64,000 nt of DNA, taken from positions 94,139-158,138 of the forward strand of contig JACKFY010000003.1 of the NCBI GenBank assembly GCA_020632235.1, read 5' to 3'. Source of the stretch: Pseudomonadales bacterium (GTDB lineage: Bacteria > Patescibacteriota > Microgenomatia > UBA1400 > PJMF01). The position numbers and the translations under genes are program-made. Of the stretch, positions 47,125 through 57,670 are shown piece after piece (the stretch's first letter is position 1; every line of letters starts with the position of its first letter). The notes beneath the pieces were generated by a model. That model searched no databases, was not told the origin of the DNA, and saw nothing but the letters and a program-made list of their open reading frames with translations.

Positions 47125-48200
47125 AGAACGTTGCTCTAATTGGTCCCTCAAGCACACTTTTCAAAGGTGGAATTACACATTTTACAGAAGAACTATATAA
47201 TATTTTGAGTAAAAAAGATGATGTTGTTATAGATTTCATACCATTTACAAGAAACTATCCGCCTCTTTTATACAAAGGGTCACAGCCCAGCGGGAAAATA
47301 CAAAAAGGATGGGACTGGCTCAATCCTCTTTCATATATACAAGTAGCAAAAAGGATAAAGACACTTAACGCTGATATTGTAATTTTACAATGGTGGACTT
47401 TTTTTTGGGGTATTCCATACTTATTTCTATTATTAATTATGAAGCTCTTCAAAACAGATGTACAAAAGCATATTGTAATTCACAATGTCTATGACCATGA
47501 ATGCAGCGCTTTATCAAAGCTATTTTCAAAAATAGTCCTACCATTTTTCGACTTTATATATCGTGTATTACAGCAAGGAGAATATGACAAACTAGCAAAA
47601 TTGCTAAGAGATAAGTCAAAAATAAAACTACAACAAATGCCTGTATTCAATATGTTCAAAAAAAAACCACATAGCATTGTTTATAAAAAGAAATCAGCTG
47701 ATGAAAAAATTATGCTTTTTTTCGGACATGTAAGGCCATACAAAGGATTAGACTTACTTATTGAATCACTTTCAAAACTGAACAAAAATGATTTTGCATT
47801 TCATTTACTCGTTGCGGGAGAATTTTGGAATGATAAAGAAGCGTATATTAAACAAATAAAAAAATATAATCTAGAAGATTATATAACACTTTTTGATAAA
47901 TATATCCCTGATGATGAAGTTCCGAATTACTTCAATAGTGCTGATGCAGTAATTATGCCTTACAAAAAAGCTACCGGTACTGCAGTTTCTAAAGTTGCTC
48001 ACTTTTTTAACAAACCAATAATAGCCACACCCGTGGGTGATTTGGCTCAAAGCTCGCATTTTGTCGCAGAATCTACCAGTATCAATGATTTTGTTAAAGT
48101 ATTGAAAAGATTCTTTAAATATAAAAACATTAGACCAAATAAAAGCAAAATTAATAATACAACTTGGAAAATCTACACAAAGTCATTACTATCAATATAG
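47121..48200 (+). CDS. GT-B fold glycosyltransferase (GT4-like)
   Basis: 'FFGHVRPYKGLDLLIES...LLVAGEF...ADAVIMPYKKATGTAVSKVAHFFNKPIIATPVGDL' shows GT1/GT4 C-domain topology. Confidence 0.55.
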   Translation: MKNVALIGPSSTLFKGGITHFTEELYNILSKKDDVVIDFIPFTRNYPPLLYKGSQPSGKIQKGWDWLNPLSYIQVAKRIKTLNADIVILQWWTFFWGIPYLFLLLIMKLFKTDVQKHIVIHNVYDHECSALSKLFSKIVLPFFDFIYRVLQQGEYDKLAKLLRDKSKIKLQQMPVFNMFKKKPHSIVYKKKSADEKIMLFFGHVRPYKGLDLLIESLSKLNKNDFAFHLLVAGEFWNDKEAYIKQIKKYNLEDYITLFDKYIPDDEVPNYFNSADAVIMPYKKATGTAVSKVAHFFNKPIIATPVGDLAQSSHFVAESTSINDFVKVLKRFFKYKNIRPNKSKINNTTWKIYTKSLLSI

Positions 48201-48232
48201 TATAACCAAATAAAGATTTTCAAAATGTTAAT

Positions 48233-48964
48233 ATGAAAGGATATGGAATGAAAATTAAATACAGTGATAAAGATTTCAAAAGTTTTTACAAAAAAGACAA
48301 GCATGCTAAATCATATGATATTAAAAGGTCATCTACTCTAAAAAAAAGAATTGTCAGATCACTAGAGAGATACACCGCGACATTATTTCTACGCAAAGAC
48401 TCAAAGATAATTGAGGTTGGTGTGGGAACAGGCTTCATTACAGAACGCATCATAAAATACGGAACAGTATTTGGTATTGACACATCAAATGTGATGGTTC
48501 AAGAGCTGAAAAATAAGATTACAAACAACAGTCTATCATTAAAAAATATGTCATTATATGACAAACTACCTAGCAAGAAGTTTGATTACGCAATTTCATA
48601 TAGAGTTTTGATGCATTTAAATGAGAACAATATTATAAAAGGATTGAACAATCTGGAAAAGAGTCTAAAAGATTCAGGATTAGTTGTTGTTGATATACCT
48701 AGAAAATCATTGTTTAAAGACCTTGTTCAATTTCTAAAGAAAATATTTGTTCCTGGTGAAGAAGTACACAACTACACATACAATGAGTCTCAAATATATA
48801 GAATGGTGAATAAAACAGAAAATTTGAAAATTAAGACTCTATTAGCCATTGATCACGTGTGGCTATTTTTACCACTATATTTGGTATTCAACTCTTTCAA
48901 AGATAATGATTATCTTAAAAGACTAATATTAATGATTGAAAGGAAGCTAAATATATTTTTATAG
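48233..48964 (+). CDS. Class I SAM-dependent methyltransferase
   Basis: Motif I 'IIEVGVGTGFITERII'. Confidence 0.7.
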   Translation: MKGYGMKIKYSDKDFKSFYKKDKHAKSYDIKRSSTLKKRIVRSLERYTATLFLRKDSKIIEVGVGTGFITERIIKYGTVFGIDTSNVMVQELKNKITNNSLSLKNMSLYDKLPSKKFDYAISYRVLMHLNENNIIKGLNNLEKSLKDSGLVVVDIPRKSLFKDLVQFLKKIFVPGEEVHNYTYNESQIYRMVNKTENLKIKTLLAIDHVWLFLPLYLVFNSFKDNDYLKRLILMIERKLNIFL

Positions 48965-49392
48965 CTTCAGTACAAGATGGATAGTAATATGCGAGAAACA
49001 GTAGATCAAGAACTATACTTATTTCTTGGTATAGATCTTGTTAAGCCTTATGATGAAAAAATAGTCAAAATTGTTGAAAAAATAACAAAAGAACTATCAC
49101 TAAAAATAAGGAGTGGCAGATAATTAATCTGCAAAAGAATAAAAAAAAGAATAAACAATGATAAGATAGTAACTATAGATAAAACCGACAATGTTTTTAA
49201 TAAATTTACTTTGCTAATAAAACTTATATATAGTATTGTAAAAATACGCTTCAAAAGCCCTCAAAAAAAAATCAATATTAATATAATTTGGTCGGGATTC
49301 AGAGTTGCAGAGTTGCTAATATGGGTTGTTTGTAAGTTGTTGAGTATTAAGATCACTTATACAGTTGTGACACGAAAACAAACGGGTCATTT

Positions 49393-50067
49393 TTGAATAT
49401 TTATAACGCAATAATATTTTTATCACAAGATCTTTATCTGAGTTGGAGAGGCAAAGATAGTTTAAAAAATTTTAGAATTATTCATCCTACACCTGAATTA
49501 GAAACAAAAGTAACAAAAAAGGGTAAATACATTCTTTTTGTAACAGTTCCTATTTTTGAAAAAAACTTTAAGAAAAGAGGAGTAGAAAACTTTTTTAGAC
49601 TTGCAGGGTATCTTAATAAAAACAGTGATTATAAGTTGCTTGTACTAAATCGATGGGTTGAAGGCGCGCACATCTTAGAGGAATTCAAACTAAAATATTC
49701 ATGTTACAATACTAAAATTTTAAGCAAATATGAGAAAAATATTTCACAATTCTATAGAAATGCCCTTGTATTGATAAACTTAGATGAAGGTTCAGATACA
49801 CCCCAGTTTCCCCTTAGCGTAGCTGAAGCTATTGCTTGTAGTTGCCCTATTGTAGCAGTAAGTGACAAATGGCTGATAAATAAAGTTCATAGTGCTATGG
49901 CGGGAATAATATCTAATAATTCTGTTGACGAGTTGGTAAGCGCAATAGATAAAATTAGCACTAGCATTTTAGATTACAAAAATAATGCTCATGAACTGTC
50001 AAAGCAATTATTTTCAACAACAATGCATAGTAAATACTCTGACTACTTAATAGAAATCAATAAGTGA
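49393..50067 (+). CDS. GT1-family C-terminal-domain-like protein (possibly truncated glycosyltransferase)
   Basis: 'NALVLINLDEGSDTPQFPLSVAEAIACSCPIVAVSDKW' resembles a GT-B C-domain. Only 224 aa. Upstream 48965-49392 is an AT-rich non-coding-looking stretch. Confidence 0.4.
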   Translation: MNIYNAIIFLSQDLYLSWRGKDSLKNFRIIHPTPELETKVTKKGKYILFVTVPIFEKNFKKRGVENFFRLAGYLNKNSDYKLLVLNRWVEGAHILEEFKLKYSCYNTKILSKYEKNISQFYRNALVLINLDEGSDTPQFPLSVAEAIACSCPIVAVSDKWLINKVHSAMAGIISNNSVDELVSAIDKISTSILDYKNNAHELSKQLFSTTMHSKYSDYLIEINK

Positions 50068-50942
50068 TGTCTACATATAAAATAATTTACCAATTAGTTA
50101 AAAGAATGCTTCTGATTATTTCTTTAGTATTGGTTATGTTGTTCTTAATGAATAACCCATCACTAGTTTCAGACATAGTATATAAAATTGGATTTTTTAA
50201 CTCTTTACTCATTATAGTTGTATTAATGATTAACGTTGCAATTTCATACTATAGAATTCAGCTTATCTTAAAACTTTTGAATTGTAATATTAGTACAAAT
50301 TTACTATTAAGAGAGTACTCAAAATCAATTATAATGAGATACTTGCCTGGAGGCATATGGGATCACGCTTCTCTAGTTGCTTCGCTGAAAGAATACACAA
50401 AGTCATCATTTAAAACACTTTCACTGGTTCCAACGTTGAATGTTATTTCCTTGATAATAATTGGAGTTTTTTCTTTCTTTTACTTTTACATCTCACTAAT
50501 GAAGTTATCATTTATCATCGGAACCATTGTATTATTGATTATTACGCTTATTTATTTTAATTTCTACAATTTGAAAAAGATTATTTATGGTAGGAGATTG
50601 TTTATGAATCAGTTAATTTTTTTATTCACACTAACTATTATTCAACTAGCTACTGTAGGTTTTGCATTTTTCATATGTATGAATGCAGTTGTAAAAGCTG
50701 AGTTTAGTATGAATTTACACTGGCTTGATGTAACAAACGCATTTATAGCATCATGGGTGGCGGGAGTACTAGCTATTCCATTTCCAAGTGGTATTGGGGT
50801 TAGAGAGTTTGTGATTACTCATTTACTTAGTAGTACATCACTACCAACGAAATACATTGTAATGGTTTCATTAGTCTTTAGAGTATATATTATAATAAGA
50901 GATATTGCTTTTTTCTTTTTTTCACGAATTTTTTATAAATAA
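50064..50942 (+). CDS. Polytopic membrane protein (possibly flippase-like / LPG-synthase-TM-like)
   Basis: 292 aa with about 8 TM helices and a 'RYLPGGIWD' loop. 4-nt overlap with the previous gene. Confidence 0.4.
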   Translation: MMSTYKIIYQLVKRMLLIISLVLVMLFLMNNPSLVSDIVYKIGFFNSLLIIVVLMINVAISYYRIQLILKLLNCNISTNLLLREYSKSIIMRYLPGGIWDHASLVASLKEYTKSSFKTLSLVPTLNVISLIIIGVFSFFYFYISLMKLSFIIGTIVLLIITLIYFNFYNLKKIIYGRRLFMNQLIFLFTLTIIQLATVGFAFFICMNAVVKAEFSMNLHWLDVTNAFIASWVAGVLAIPFPSGIGVREFVITHLLSSTSLPTKYIVMVSLVFRVYIIIRDIAFFFFSRIFYK

Positions 50943-50975
50943 GAAACCTATCAAATTATCTATAGTTAGCACTTA

Positions 50976-51533
50976 TCAAAACGCTTTACCCAACTCTAAC
51001 TGCCTTTTTGTCCACTCCGCCTTAATATTTTGACGCACAGGTCTTTGCACTCTCACTCTGTTCTCCCCTAGTCTTTGCAAAGATCTACCCGGATATCTAA
51101 AACGAGTGCCTCGAAGCGCTCTGTTTACCACCCTCACAAAACTGCTCATTTTTGCAAGCACTCTATCTGAGCGTGTGTCATCCAGTGAGTAACCAAGTGC
51201 TAGCATGAAGTTGACTTTTTCTTCCAGTGTGGAGAAGACAATAACGCCAGCTATATCTGCAATAGCTTTCTGCACCTCTTTTTTACTCATGTCTGGGAAT
51301 ATATTTTCTGAGGCAACAGTATACTTATCTGCGACTCTGGTCTTTTCTTCTGCCAATAGGAGTACAATAATTGAGATGAGAAAATCATCTGCTTGTGAAT
51401 ATAAAACAATCTCTTCTTGCTGCGCAGCGCCTCCCATAACTTCGGGGGTTATGCCTTCATCAAAGTACTCACTGCTGCGTGGGTCTTGTTGCCAGGCTTC
51501 TCGGATTTTTTGTGCTAGTTCGTAATTGTGCAT
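50976..51533 (-). CDS. Hypothetical protein
   Basis: 185-aa ORF, more GC-rich than its neighbours, with a basic C-terminus. No motifs. Confidence 0.35.
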   Translation of the reverse strand: MHNYELAQKIREAWQQDPRSSEYFDEGITPEVMGGAAQQEEIVLYSQADDFLISIIVLLLAEEKTRVADKYTVASENIFPDMSKKEVQKAIADIAGVIVFSTLEEKVNFMLALGYSLDDTRSDRVLAKMSSFVRVVNRALRGTRFRYPGRSLQRLGENRVRVQRPVRQNIKAEWTKRQLELGKAF

Positions 51534-51544
51534 AAGTAATACAA

Positions 51545-52102
51545 TTAATAATTTTTATTGATTATATCAAACAGTATTTCCATAGTATTATCAGCATATA
51601 CTCTATAGATAGGCTCATCATTCTCATTCAGATACGCGCTCTCTGTGTTGAAGCTCGCCCCATCTAAAGAATACATTTGCCAGCAGAGGTGTATATTTTC
51701 TCTCTGGTATGTTTTTGGAATATCTACACCATTAAAAAAGTTTTCTTGTAAATGATCTGCCTCAAATATTTTTGTTATTTTTTTATCACCATTCTTTTCA
51801 AAAAAATCAACACTTATAGTATTGGTATTATCTCTTTGATACGTTGCAAACTGCCATTCAATATGTGTTGGTATATAGTCTGTTGCTACAAAACAATCTG
51901 TAACAATGGTATTACCCAAGAGGGCGTTGCTCACAGAGCGCTCACCATAATTTCTGGTCGAGTACTCTGGTAGAGCATATACATCGCCAGATATAAGAAC
52001 GTATACTAGCGTGCAAAAAATACCAAAAATAGCCATCAATTCTATATATTTTTTCATTAGAAGTAGATCCAAACTACTATCTCTCGTATAAATATGCGCC
52101 AC
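51545..52102 (-). CDS. Hypothetical exported protein
   Basis: N-terminal TM/signal 'MAIFGIFCTLVYVLISG'. Confidence 0.35.
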   Translation of the reverse strand: MAHIYTRDSSLDLLLMKKYIELMAIFGIFCTLVYVLISGDVYALPEYSTRNYGERSVSNALLGNTIVTDCFVATDYIPTHIEWQFATYQRDNTNTISVDFFEKNGDKKITKIFEADHLQENFFNGVDIPKTYQRENIHLCWQMYSLDGASFNTESAYLNENDEPIYRVYADNTMEILFDIINKNY

Positions 52103-53511
52103 TCAATAAGAAAAAGTACTACCATACTAGCAAGCATAGCTACATTTTTATACTGTAGTTTCTGTAGGATACTATTATAACCGATCGCCATAGCTGTAAA
52201 AATAGGAATGCTAGAGTAAAGATAATACCTTCCCGACAATGCCCTTATCCAGCCGTCCCAGAAAAATGCAGACATATAATTTTTATAGATCAATATTGAA
52301 AACAACAGTAGAAAAGGAATGAAATACACCCAGTATCTTTTATTTTTAAGCAGTGCGGGTATCGCTGCTATGAGAAGTAATCCGTACGTTCCCATAAAAA
52401 TAAAAAGAATATCTCTTCGTAGTGGTTTTTGACCCCAGCCAAAGACACCGATATAGTTGCGCACCCATTGATAGCCGAGATTTAACCCGTTGGGACTGAA
52501 AACAACCTTCACTCCCTGCCAAGTATATGGCTCATAATCAAAATCATCATACGTCATTTGATGTCGATCTTGTACGATCTCTCCAGCCTCGCCAATTTCT
52601 GCTTTACTAATATCTGCGCTCACCAAATCGCCCGTAACAACGTAGTTTTGTGCGTAGTACCACCCGCCAATGAGCAGACTACTAACGGTATATAACAATA
52701 CGGCAGTGATGAGCTTTCGGTCCAGCAACTTTTTGCCATGAGACATGAGTAATTTGACAAGAACGAGCGGCATCATAAATACAGCAAACAACTTTGTGCA
52801 AAGTGCCAATCCCGTTACTACTGAGAGCTGTATGACTGTGCGTAAGTTATATGTGTTAGTTTTGGCTACAAGATAAAATAGTAATCCGCACAAGAGTGTC
52901 AACAAAATATCATTTGAGGCGTACCCTGCGGCATGAAAAAAAGTAGGCCAACTGCCAAACAAAATGATTGCGATGAGTGATGTTGTGTGGTTTTTAGTTA
53001 CTTCTTTTGCAAATCGATATATGACATAGAGCGTGGCTGTGGCTATAAATGCATTGATAATGCGCAGCATACATACAATTTGGAGTGATGAAGCGCTATC
53101 CCTAAAAATGGCATACACTGGCGTCATGAGGGCGTAGTACAGGGTGGATGCTGCACGATCCAGTTTCTACTCCCCCTCTTCTGTCGCAGTTGCTGAAACC
53201 ATCCAATCTGCATCTTCTTGCAAAAACTCTCGTGCATAATTAAGATTCATCTGCCTCAAGTTTGTAGAACCAGGAGCAATCAATGTGGGGTTTGGTTTTG
53301 TTGTGTGCACATACAGCCTTTCTTTTCTGCGTTCTAGCGACTCAATGTAACCGATGTGCCTCGTCTCGTCTGGCCCCATCCACGGTGGAGTAACAAGAAT
53401 ATATAATAGTACTTTCAAAAAAAACAATAGCAGCACAATAGCTACTTGTACTCTGTGCTTTTGAAAAAAAGCTTTGCTATTAGATAGATAGTGTGAAGTC
53501 TTCTTTTTCAT
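52057..53511 (-). pseudogene. GT-C-type (PMT_2/ArnT-like) membrane glycosyltransferase interrupted by a single in-frame TAG
   Basis: The N-terminal fragment 53511..53167 has a TM helix plus a 'PPWMGPDETRH' loop. The C-terminal fragment 53127..52057 is polytopic and includes 'GLALCTKLFAVFMMPLVL'. The two are in the same frame, separated only by TAG (53169-53167) and 13 sense codons. Confidence 0.45.
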
Positions 53512-55423
53512 GGGTTAGATTGATATTATAATACGGATCTCTACTTACTATATTACCCCATTTTGCCATAAAAATTTGCTGTTCAGCATATAGTTGAGAC
53601 TGATCTCTTGTTGCGTTTTCAGATTTCGGGATAGACTCTCCTTCTTTGTGTATGAGTTGGGCATGAGGGGTGAACACATTTCTGGTACCAATCTTTTCAG
53701 TAAGTCTGAGACAAAAATCTACATCGTTATATGCTATGGCAAGCTTTTCGTTAAATCCATTTACTTTTTCAAACTTCGTCTTTTTTACCATTAAACATGC
53801 TGCCGTTACAAACGAATAATTTTTGACGGATAAAGTATCTACGGTAACAAATCCATTTTTTGGCTTCGTTTTGTGCGCGTGTCCCGCTATTTTTATAGCA
53901 TCATCATATCCTATACCCAAAACTCCTCCATAGTGCTGAATGGTGTAATCAGGATAAAAAAGGGCGGCGCCCACAGCCCCAATTTCTTTTCTTTGGGCGT
54001 GTTGCAGCATTTTTTCAATCCAGTCTCTACTAATTATTTCTGTATCATTATTTAAAAAAAGTAGGTACTCCCCCGTTGCTTTTGCAGCACCATAATTATT
54101 GGCAGCAGAATAGTTAAATGCTTTACTCCATGTGTATGCTTTGAGTGGTAGTTTCTTTTTATATTGTGTATATACTTCACTAGTGTTGGTACTCGTACTG
54201 CCCGTATCAATGACAACAACTTCATAGTTTTGATATCTTGTTTTTTGGATAGATCTCAGGCACGCGCGCATAAGATTGGCTTTATCTTTATTGAGGATGA
54301 TAATGCTCACCTTTGGTTTGTTCATTACTGCATACTGCATGCTCCATACACCTAAGTATTTTGTATTTTTTACACGTCCTTTTACACCTCTTCTCTGAAG
54401 GTCATCCCGCAGCACTATTTCTTGGTTGACATAGGCATATGGTTTTACTTTGCCACTACTCTTTTCTGACGCAGTTGAAGTTTCAGATTTTCGCCAGCTG
54501 TATAGTATCGTTGGAATGTGGTGTATATACTGTGAAGTTTTATATGCATTTTTTTTATTGTTTAGTATTATTGAATCTTTTTTATTTATTTCTGTAGTTG
54601 CTCGCAAAAATAAATCCCAATCCTGTGCCCCCTCTGTTCCTAGTCGAAAACCGCCAACTTTCTCTACCAAGCTTTTGCGAAGCGTGGCAAAGTGAGTAAT
54701 GTAGTTGATTGACCTGAGATAATCGGGGCTCCAGTCTGGCTTAAAAAAAGGATCAATATGGTCTCTGCCATTTTCGGCAATTTTATCTTCATCGGTATAG
54801 ATAAAATCTATTTTTTTATTATCATTGAGTGCAGCAACAACTTCATATAACGCATTGGGCCATAACACATCATCATGATCCATGAGCGATACAAACCTTC
54901 CCGTTGCCAATGATAGTGCGTCATTTGAGGCATTGCAGATATGACCATTTTCTGTGCGAAAGATGCTTTTAATTCTTTTATCCTGGCTTTGATATTCGAG
55001 AATGATGTCACGTACTTTTTGATCTGGAGAGTTATCATCTACTATACACAGTTCCCAGTTTTCATATGACTGATCAATCACAGAGTTAATGCACGCGCGC
55101 AAAAATGTTCCTTTTGTATTATATGTTGGAAGTAAGATTGAAATAAGAGGCTGATATTCAAGGGTGGTTATATGCTGTCTTTGTGCATTAAGTGTTTTTT
55201 TGTCTGGATAGTATTTTTTTACCCATCGTTTGTATTGTTTATTGACGTAATCATTGTGGTTTAGCTGATACCAGTGTTCAGTTATTTTGTCGATAACAGC
55301 AGTAATACCACCTCTTTTATACAATGCACATGCCTTATCAACTTTAGTTTTATTGGTTATATGCTCTATTGAGTAGCGAAAAAACTCTTTTGTGAAGTGG
55401 AAGTATCTAACAACAATCATCAT
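53480..55423 (-). CDS. Tandem-GT2 (two GT-A domains) glycosyltransferase
   Basis: First domain 'ISILLPTYNTKGTFLRACINSVIDQSYENWELCIVDDNSPD'. Second domain 'VSIIILNKDKANLMRACLRSIQKTRYQNYEVVVIDTGST'. Confidence 0.8.
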   Translation of the reverse strand: MMIVVRYFHFTKEFFRYSIEHITNKTKVDKACALYKRGGITAVIDKITEHWYQLNHNDYVNKQYKRWVKKYYPDKKTLNAQRQHITTLEYQPLISILLPTYNTKGTFLRACINSVIDQSYENWELCIVDDNSPDQKVRDIILEYQSQDKRIKSIFRTENGHICNASNDALSLATGRFVSLMDHDDVLWPNALYEVVAALNDNKKIDFIYTDEDKIAENGRDHIDPFFKPDWSPDYLRSINYITHFATLRKSLVEKVGGFRLGTEGAQDWDLFLRATTEINKKDSIILNNKKNAYKTSQYIHHIPTILYSWRKSETSTASEKSSGKVKPYAYVNQEIVLRDDLQRRGVKGRVKNTKYLGVWSMQYAVMNKPKVSIIILNKDKANLMRACLRSIQKTRYQNYEVVVIDTGSTSTNTSEVYTQYKKKLPLKAYTWSKAFNYSAANNYGAAKATGEYLLFLNNDTEIISRDWIEKMLQHAQRKEIGAVGAALFYPDYTIQHYGGVLGIGYDDAIKIAGHAHKTKPKNGFVTVDTLSVKNYSFVTAACLMVKKTKFEKVNGFNEKLAIAYNDVDFCLRLTEKIGTRNVFTPHAQLIHKEGESIPKSENATRDQSQLYAEQQIFMAKWGNIVSRDPYYNINLTHEKEDFTLSI

Positions 55424-56964
55424 ATTTTGGGTGGTTTGTAAACAAATAGGTTTTTTATTTCATCTGTATTCTTATTTTTGAAAAGCTCTATGACTTTTTT
55501 ACGACTTATATTTTTATGAATATGGAGAGTTTTTACCATAGATTGCCACAGAATAAAAAACCTTGAGTGATAGATGTTGTTTAGTTCTTTGTTTCTTGTC
55601 TTTATTACAGCTTCTTGTTCACTAATTTTTTTCTGGTAATTATCAACCATCTTACTAAACTTAATTTTTTCCTCCCTAAATAACGCATGGTTGATGGAGT
55701 GTATTTTTTGCAAAATCTGATTGTATCCAAACGTCGTACTAAGGGTTTTTTCTCTAAACACACCATTGTTAATTTTAAAAGTAGTCAATTGTGAAGTAAA
55801 ATTATTTGACAATGCGCCCTCAACAGGAGACTGATTGATAAGAAAAAGACTCTCATTTATTTTAGAGTCGTGATTGTAATCACCTATGTGAAGATGTGCG
55901 CACTCATCTGCATTGAAAACCGCCATACTCTTTGGGTGTAGCGCCATGACCTCAGCATCATCATGCTTTTCATTTAGGAGTGTTGGAATTATATTTTTGA
56001 GTGAAAATGGTTTGTCATTAAAAGACTTAGTTTGGTCAGGAGAAATTATCATTAGTGGAACATGCACTAATGATGGACGGCAGTATATCCCGTGAGCAAA
56101 AAAGATGTTGTCTTCCCCCAACAGCTCACCATGGTCGCTGGTAATAGCAATTTTTGATCTTTTTGCTATTCCCATATTTATAATATTTTTTACAAAAATA
56201 TTTATTTGCTTGTCCATTTCATAAATGCCTTGGTCGTATTGCGCAACATAATAATTAACATCTTGCTCAAAATCATCACCAAACTCATTAAATGCTATCT
56301 GATATTTAGGAGCAACAGAAAAATTCTGTAATACAGCATCATCTATGCCAGTAAAAGCATCGTTGACAATTTTATCGATTTTTCTTGTATCTTTTTTAAA
56401 GATTTTATCATCTCGAAATCTACTTTTTTTATTTTTTGTGTAAGGGCCATGCGCCTCCATTAAATGGAAGCACAAAAATAATTTTTTTTGTTTATTTTTC
56501 TCTATATACTTGGCGCCTGCATCCAATATCTCACTACTTGGCGCATATAGTGCATTAAAACGGCCTGTTTCTTTTTGTGATAGTTCATCCCAAAAGTGAT
56601 CAAAAAAATCAGAAAGGTTTGTGTGAGACCTCGATGTTACAAAGTTTCCTGTAAAGAAAGCAGTTGTATAGCCACGCTCTTTTAATAAATCTAGGTTAGG
56701 GAAGTCTTTGGTAGTAAATTTTTTATTTTGGTCAAAAAATGGAGTCATCTCTGTGGGATACTTTCCACCAAGTATTGAGGGAACAGAGGCAAATGTATAA
56801 GAACTAGGTGAAATAGCACGTTGGTATACCGTTCCATTTTTACTGAGTTTATCTATACACGATGTTGTTTGTCGATCATAACCATAAAGACTCATGTGGT
56901 CTTTTCGAACAGCATCAAGGATAAATAAAAAGATATACTGAGGGTGAGAATCCATGTCTACCAA
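55420..56964 (-). CDS. Sulfatase-like / alkaline-phosphatase-superfamily hydrolase or transferase
   Basis: N-terminal 'IFLFILDAVRKDHMSLYGYDRQTT...AISPSSYTFASVPSILGG' matches the sulfatase N-domain layout. A Ser sits at the Cys/Ser-x-P-x-R position. Confidence 0.55.
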   Translation of the reverse strand: MVDMDSHPQYIFLFILDAVRKDHMSLYGYDRQTTSCIDKLSKNGTVYQRAISPSSYTFASVPSILGGKYPTEMTPFFDQNKKFTTKDFPNLDLLKERGYTTAFFTGNFVTSRSHTNLSDFFDHFWDELSQKETGRFNALYAPSSEILDAGAKYIEKNKQKKLFLCFHLMEAHGPYTKNKKSRFRDDKIFKKDTRKIDKIVNDAFTGIDDAVLQNFSVAPKYQIAFNEFGDDFEQDVNYYVAQYDQGIYEMDKQINIFVKNIINMGIAKRSKIAITSDHGELLGEDNIFFAHGIYCRPSLVHVPLMIISPDQTKSFNDKPFSLKNIIPTLLNEKHDDAEVMALHPKSMAVFNADECAHLHIGDYNHDSKINESLFLINQSPVEGALSNNFTSQLTTFKINNGVFREKTLSTTFGYNQILQKIHSINHALFREEKIKFSKMVDNYQKKISEQEAVIKTRNKELNNIYHSRFFILWQSMVKTLHIHKNISRKKVIELFKNKNTDEIKNLFVYKPPKI

Positions 56965-57632
56965 TATCCTAACTTCCTCAACTTCTCCATCTTATCTTCT
57001 TTTGTTGCTTCTCTACCTGCTCGCTCAGAAGCATGTGGGTCTGCAACGGGGTGAGTAAACGGCGCTTCACCCAGAGATTTATACCCTTTGTCATACAGAT
57101 CAACATACGGCACATCATATTTTTTTATGTACTCCCAAATATCATCTATCGTAAATTGAAGTATGGGGTGCACTCTACTGTGGCTTCTTCTCTTCGAGAT
57201 GACTGTTTCTTTTGATCGTGCTTCATGTTCGTCCCAGCGTATGCCAGAAACAAACACCCTGATGTCATATTCACTGATCGCGTAGTTGATAGCGTTGATT
57301 TTTGCTATGCGCATGATCTCCATTTTTTCCTCATCGTTGGTAGATGCGTTGTATGATTGCAGATCTTCAGGCAAGTGCTTCAGCCAAATCAAATCTACAC
57401 TCCAATCTTTTTTTATTTTTTTGATGAAAGTGTATATTTCTGGAAACTCAATAGTTGAGTCATTAAAAAGTACACGAAACGGTATTTCGCCGTACATTTC
57501 TTTGATAATATGCATGATAACGGTGGAGTCTTTGCCGCCTGTCCATGCAACCACAATTTCTTCGTCCTTCCATTGCTGGCGTGCGCTTTCTATACCATCT
57601 TGCGCTTGTTTAATTTTTTGTTTGAGTGACAT
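56958..57632 (-). CDS. PAPS-reductase-family (phosphoadenosine phosphosulfate reductase-like) protein
   Basis: 'IVVAWTGGKDSTVIMHIIKEMYG' PP-loop (SGGKDS-like) of the PAPS_reduct family. 224 aa. Confidence 0.7.
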   Translation of the reverse strand: MSLKQKIKQAQDGIESARQQWKDEEIVVAWTGGKDSTVIMHIIKEMYGEIPFRVLFNDSTIEFPEIYTFIKKIKKDWSVDLIWLKHLPEDLQSYNASTNDEEKMEIMRIAKINAINYAISEYDIRVFVSGIRWDEHEARSKETVISKRRSHSRVHPILQFTIDDIWEYIKKYDVPYVDLYDKGYKSLGEAPFTHPVADPHASERAGREATKEDKMEKLRKLGYW

Positions 57633-57670
57633 ACTTCCTTAATTCTAACGAACTACATTTTCTTTTGACA

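Larger units (their letters stand above)
46110..57660. other. Second AT-rich compositional island: glycan synthesis/modification gene set
   Basis: Composition shifts abruptly at about 46.1 kb and returns to the higher level near 57.7 kb. Gene content is GtrB-like, GT4-like, MTase, GT fragments, GT-C, tandem GT2, sulfatase-like and PAPS-reductase-like. Confidence 0.45.

Noticed and set aside
48965-49392. AT-rich 430-nt gap with tiny ORFs (45-68 aa, one highly hydrophobic) upstream of the GT C-domain fragment.
   Set aside because: No motifs. It is likely degraded remnants of the missing N-terminal half of the glycosyltransferase and not real genes.
53128-53169. Considered that the in-frame TAG might indicate a reassigned stop codon, as in some candidate phyla.
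   Set aside because: Many well-supported genes here end at TAG, TGA or TAA at positions consistent with homologue lengths. ATGA and TGA overlaps act as genuine stops, for example murB/murA and island genes 1/2. A genome-wide recoding is therefore not supported.
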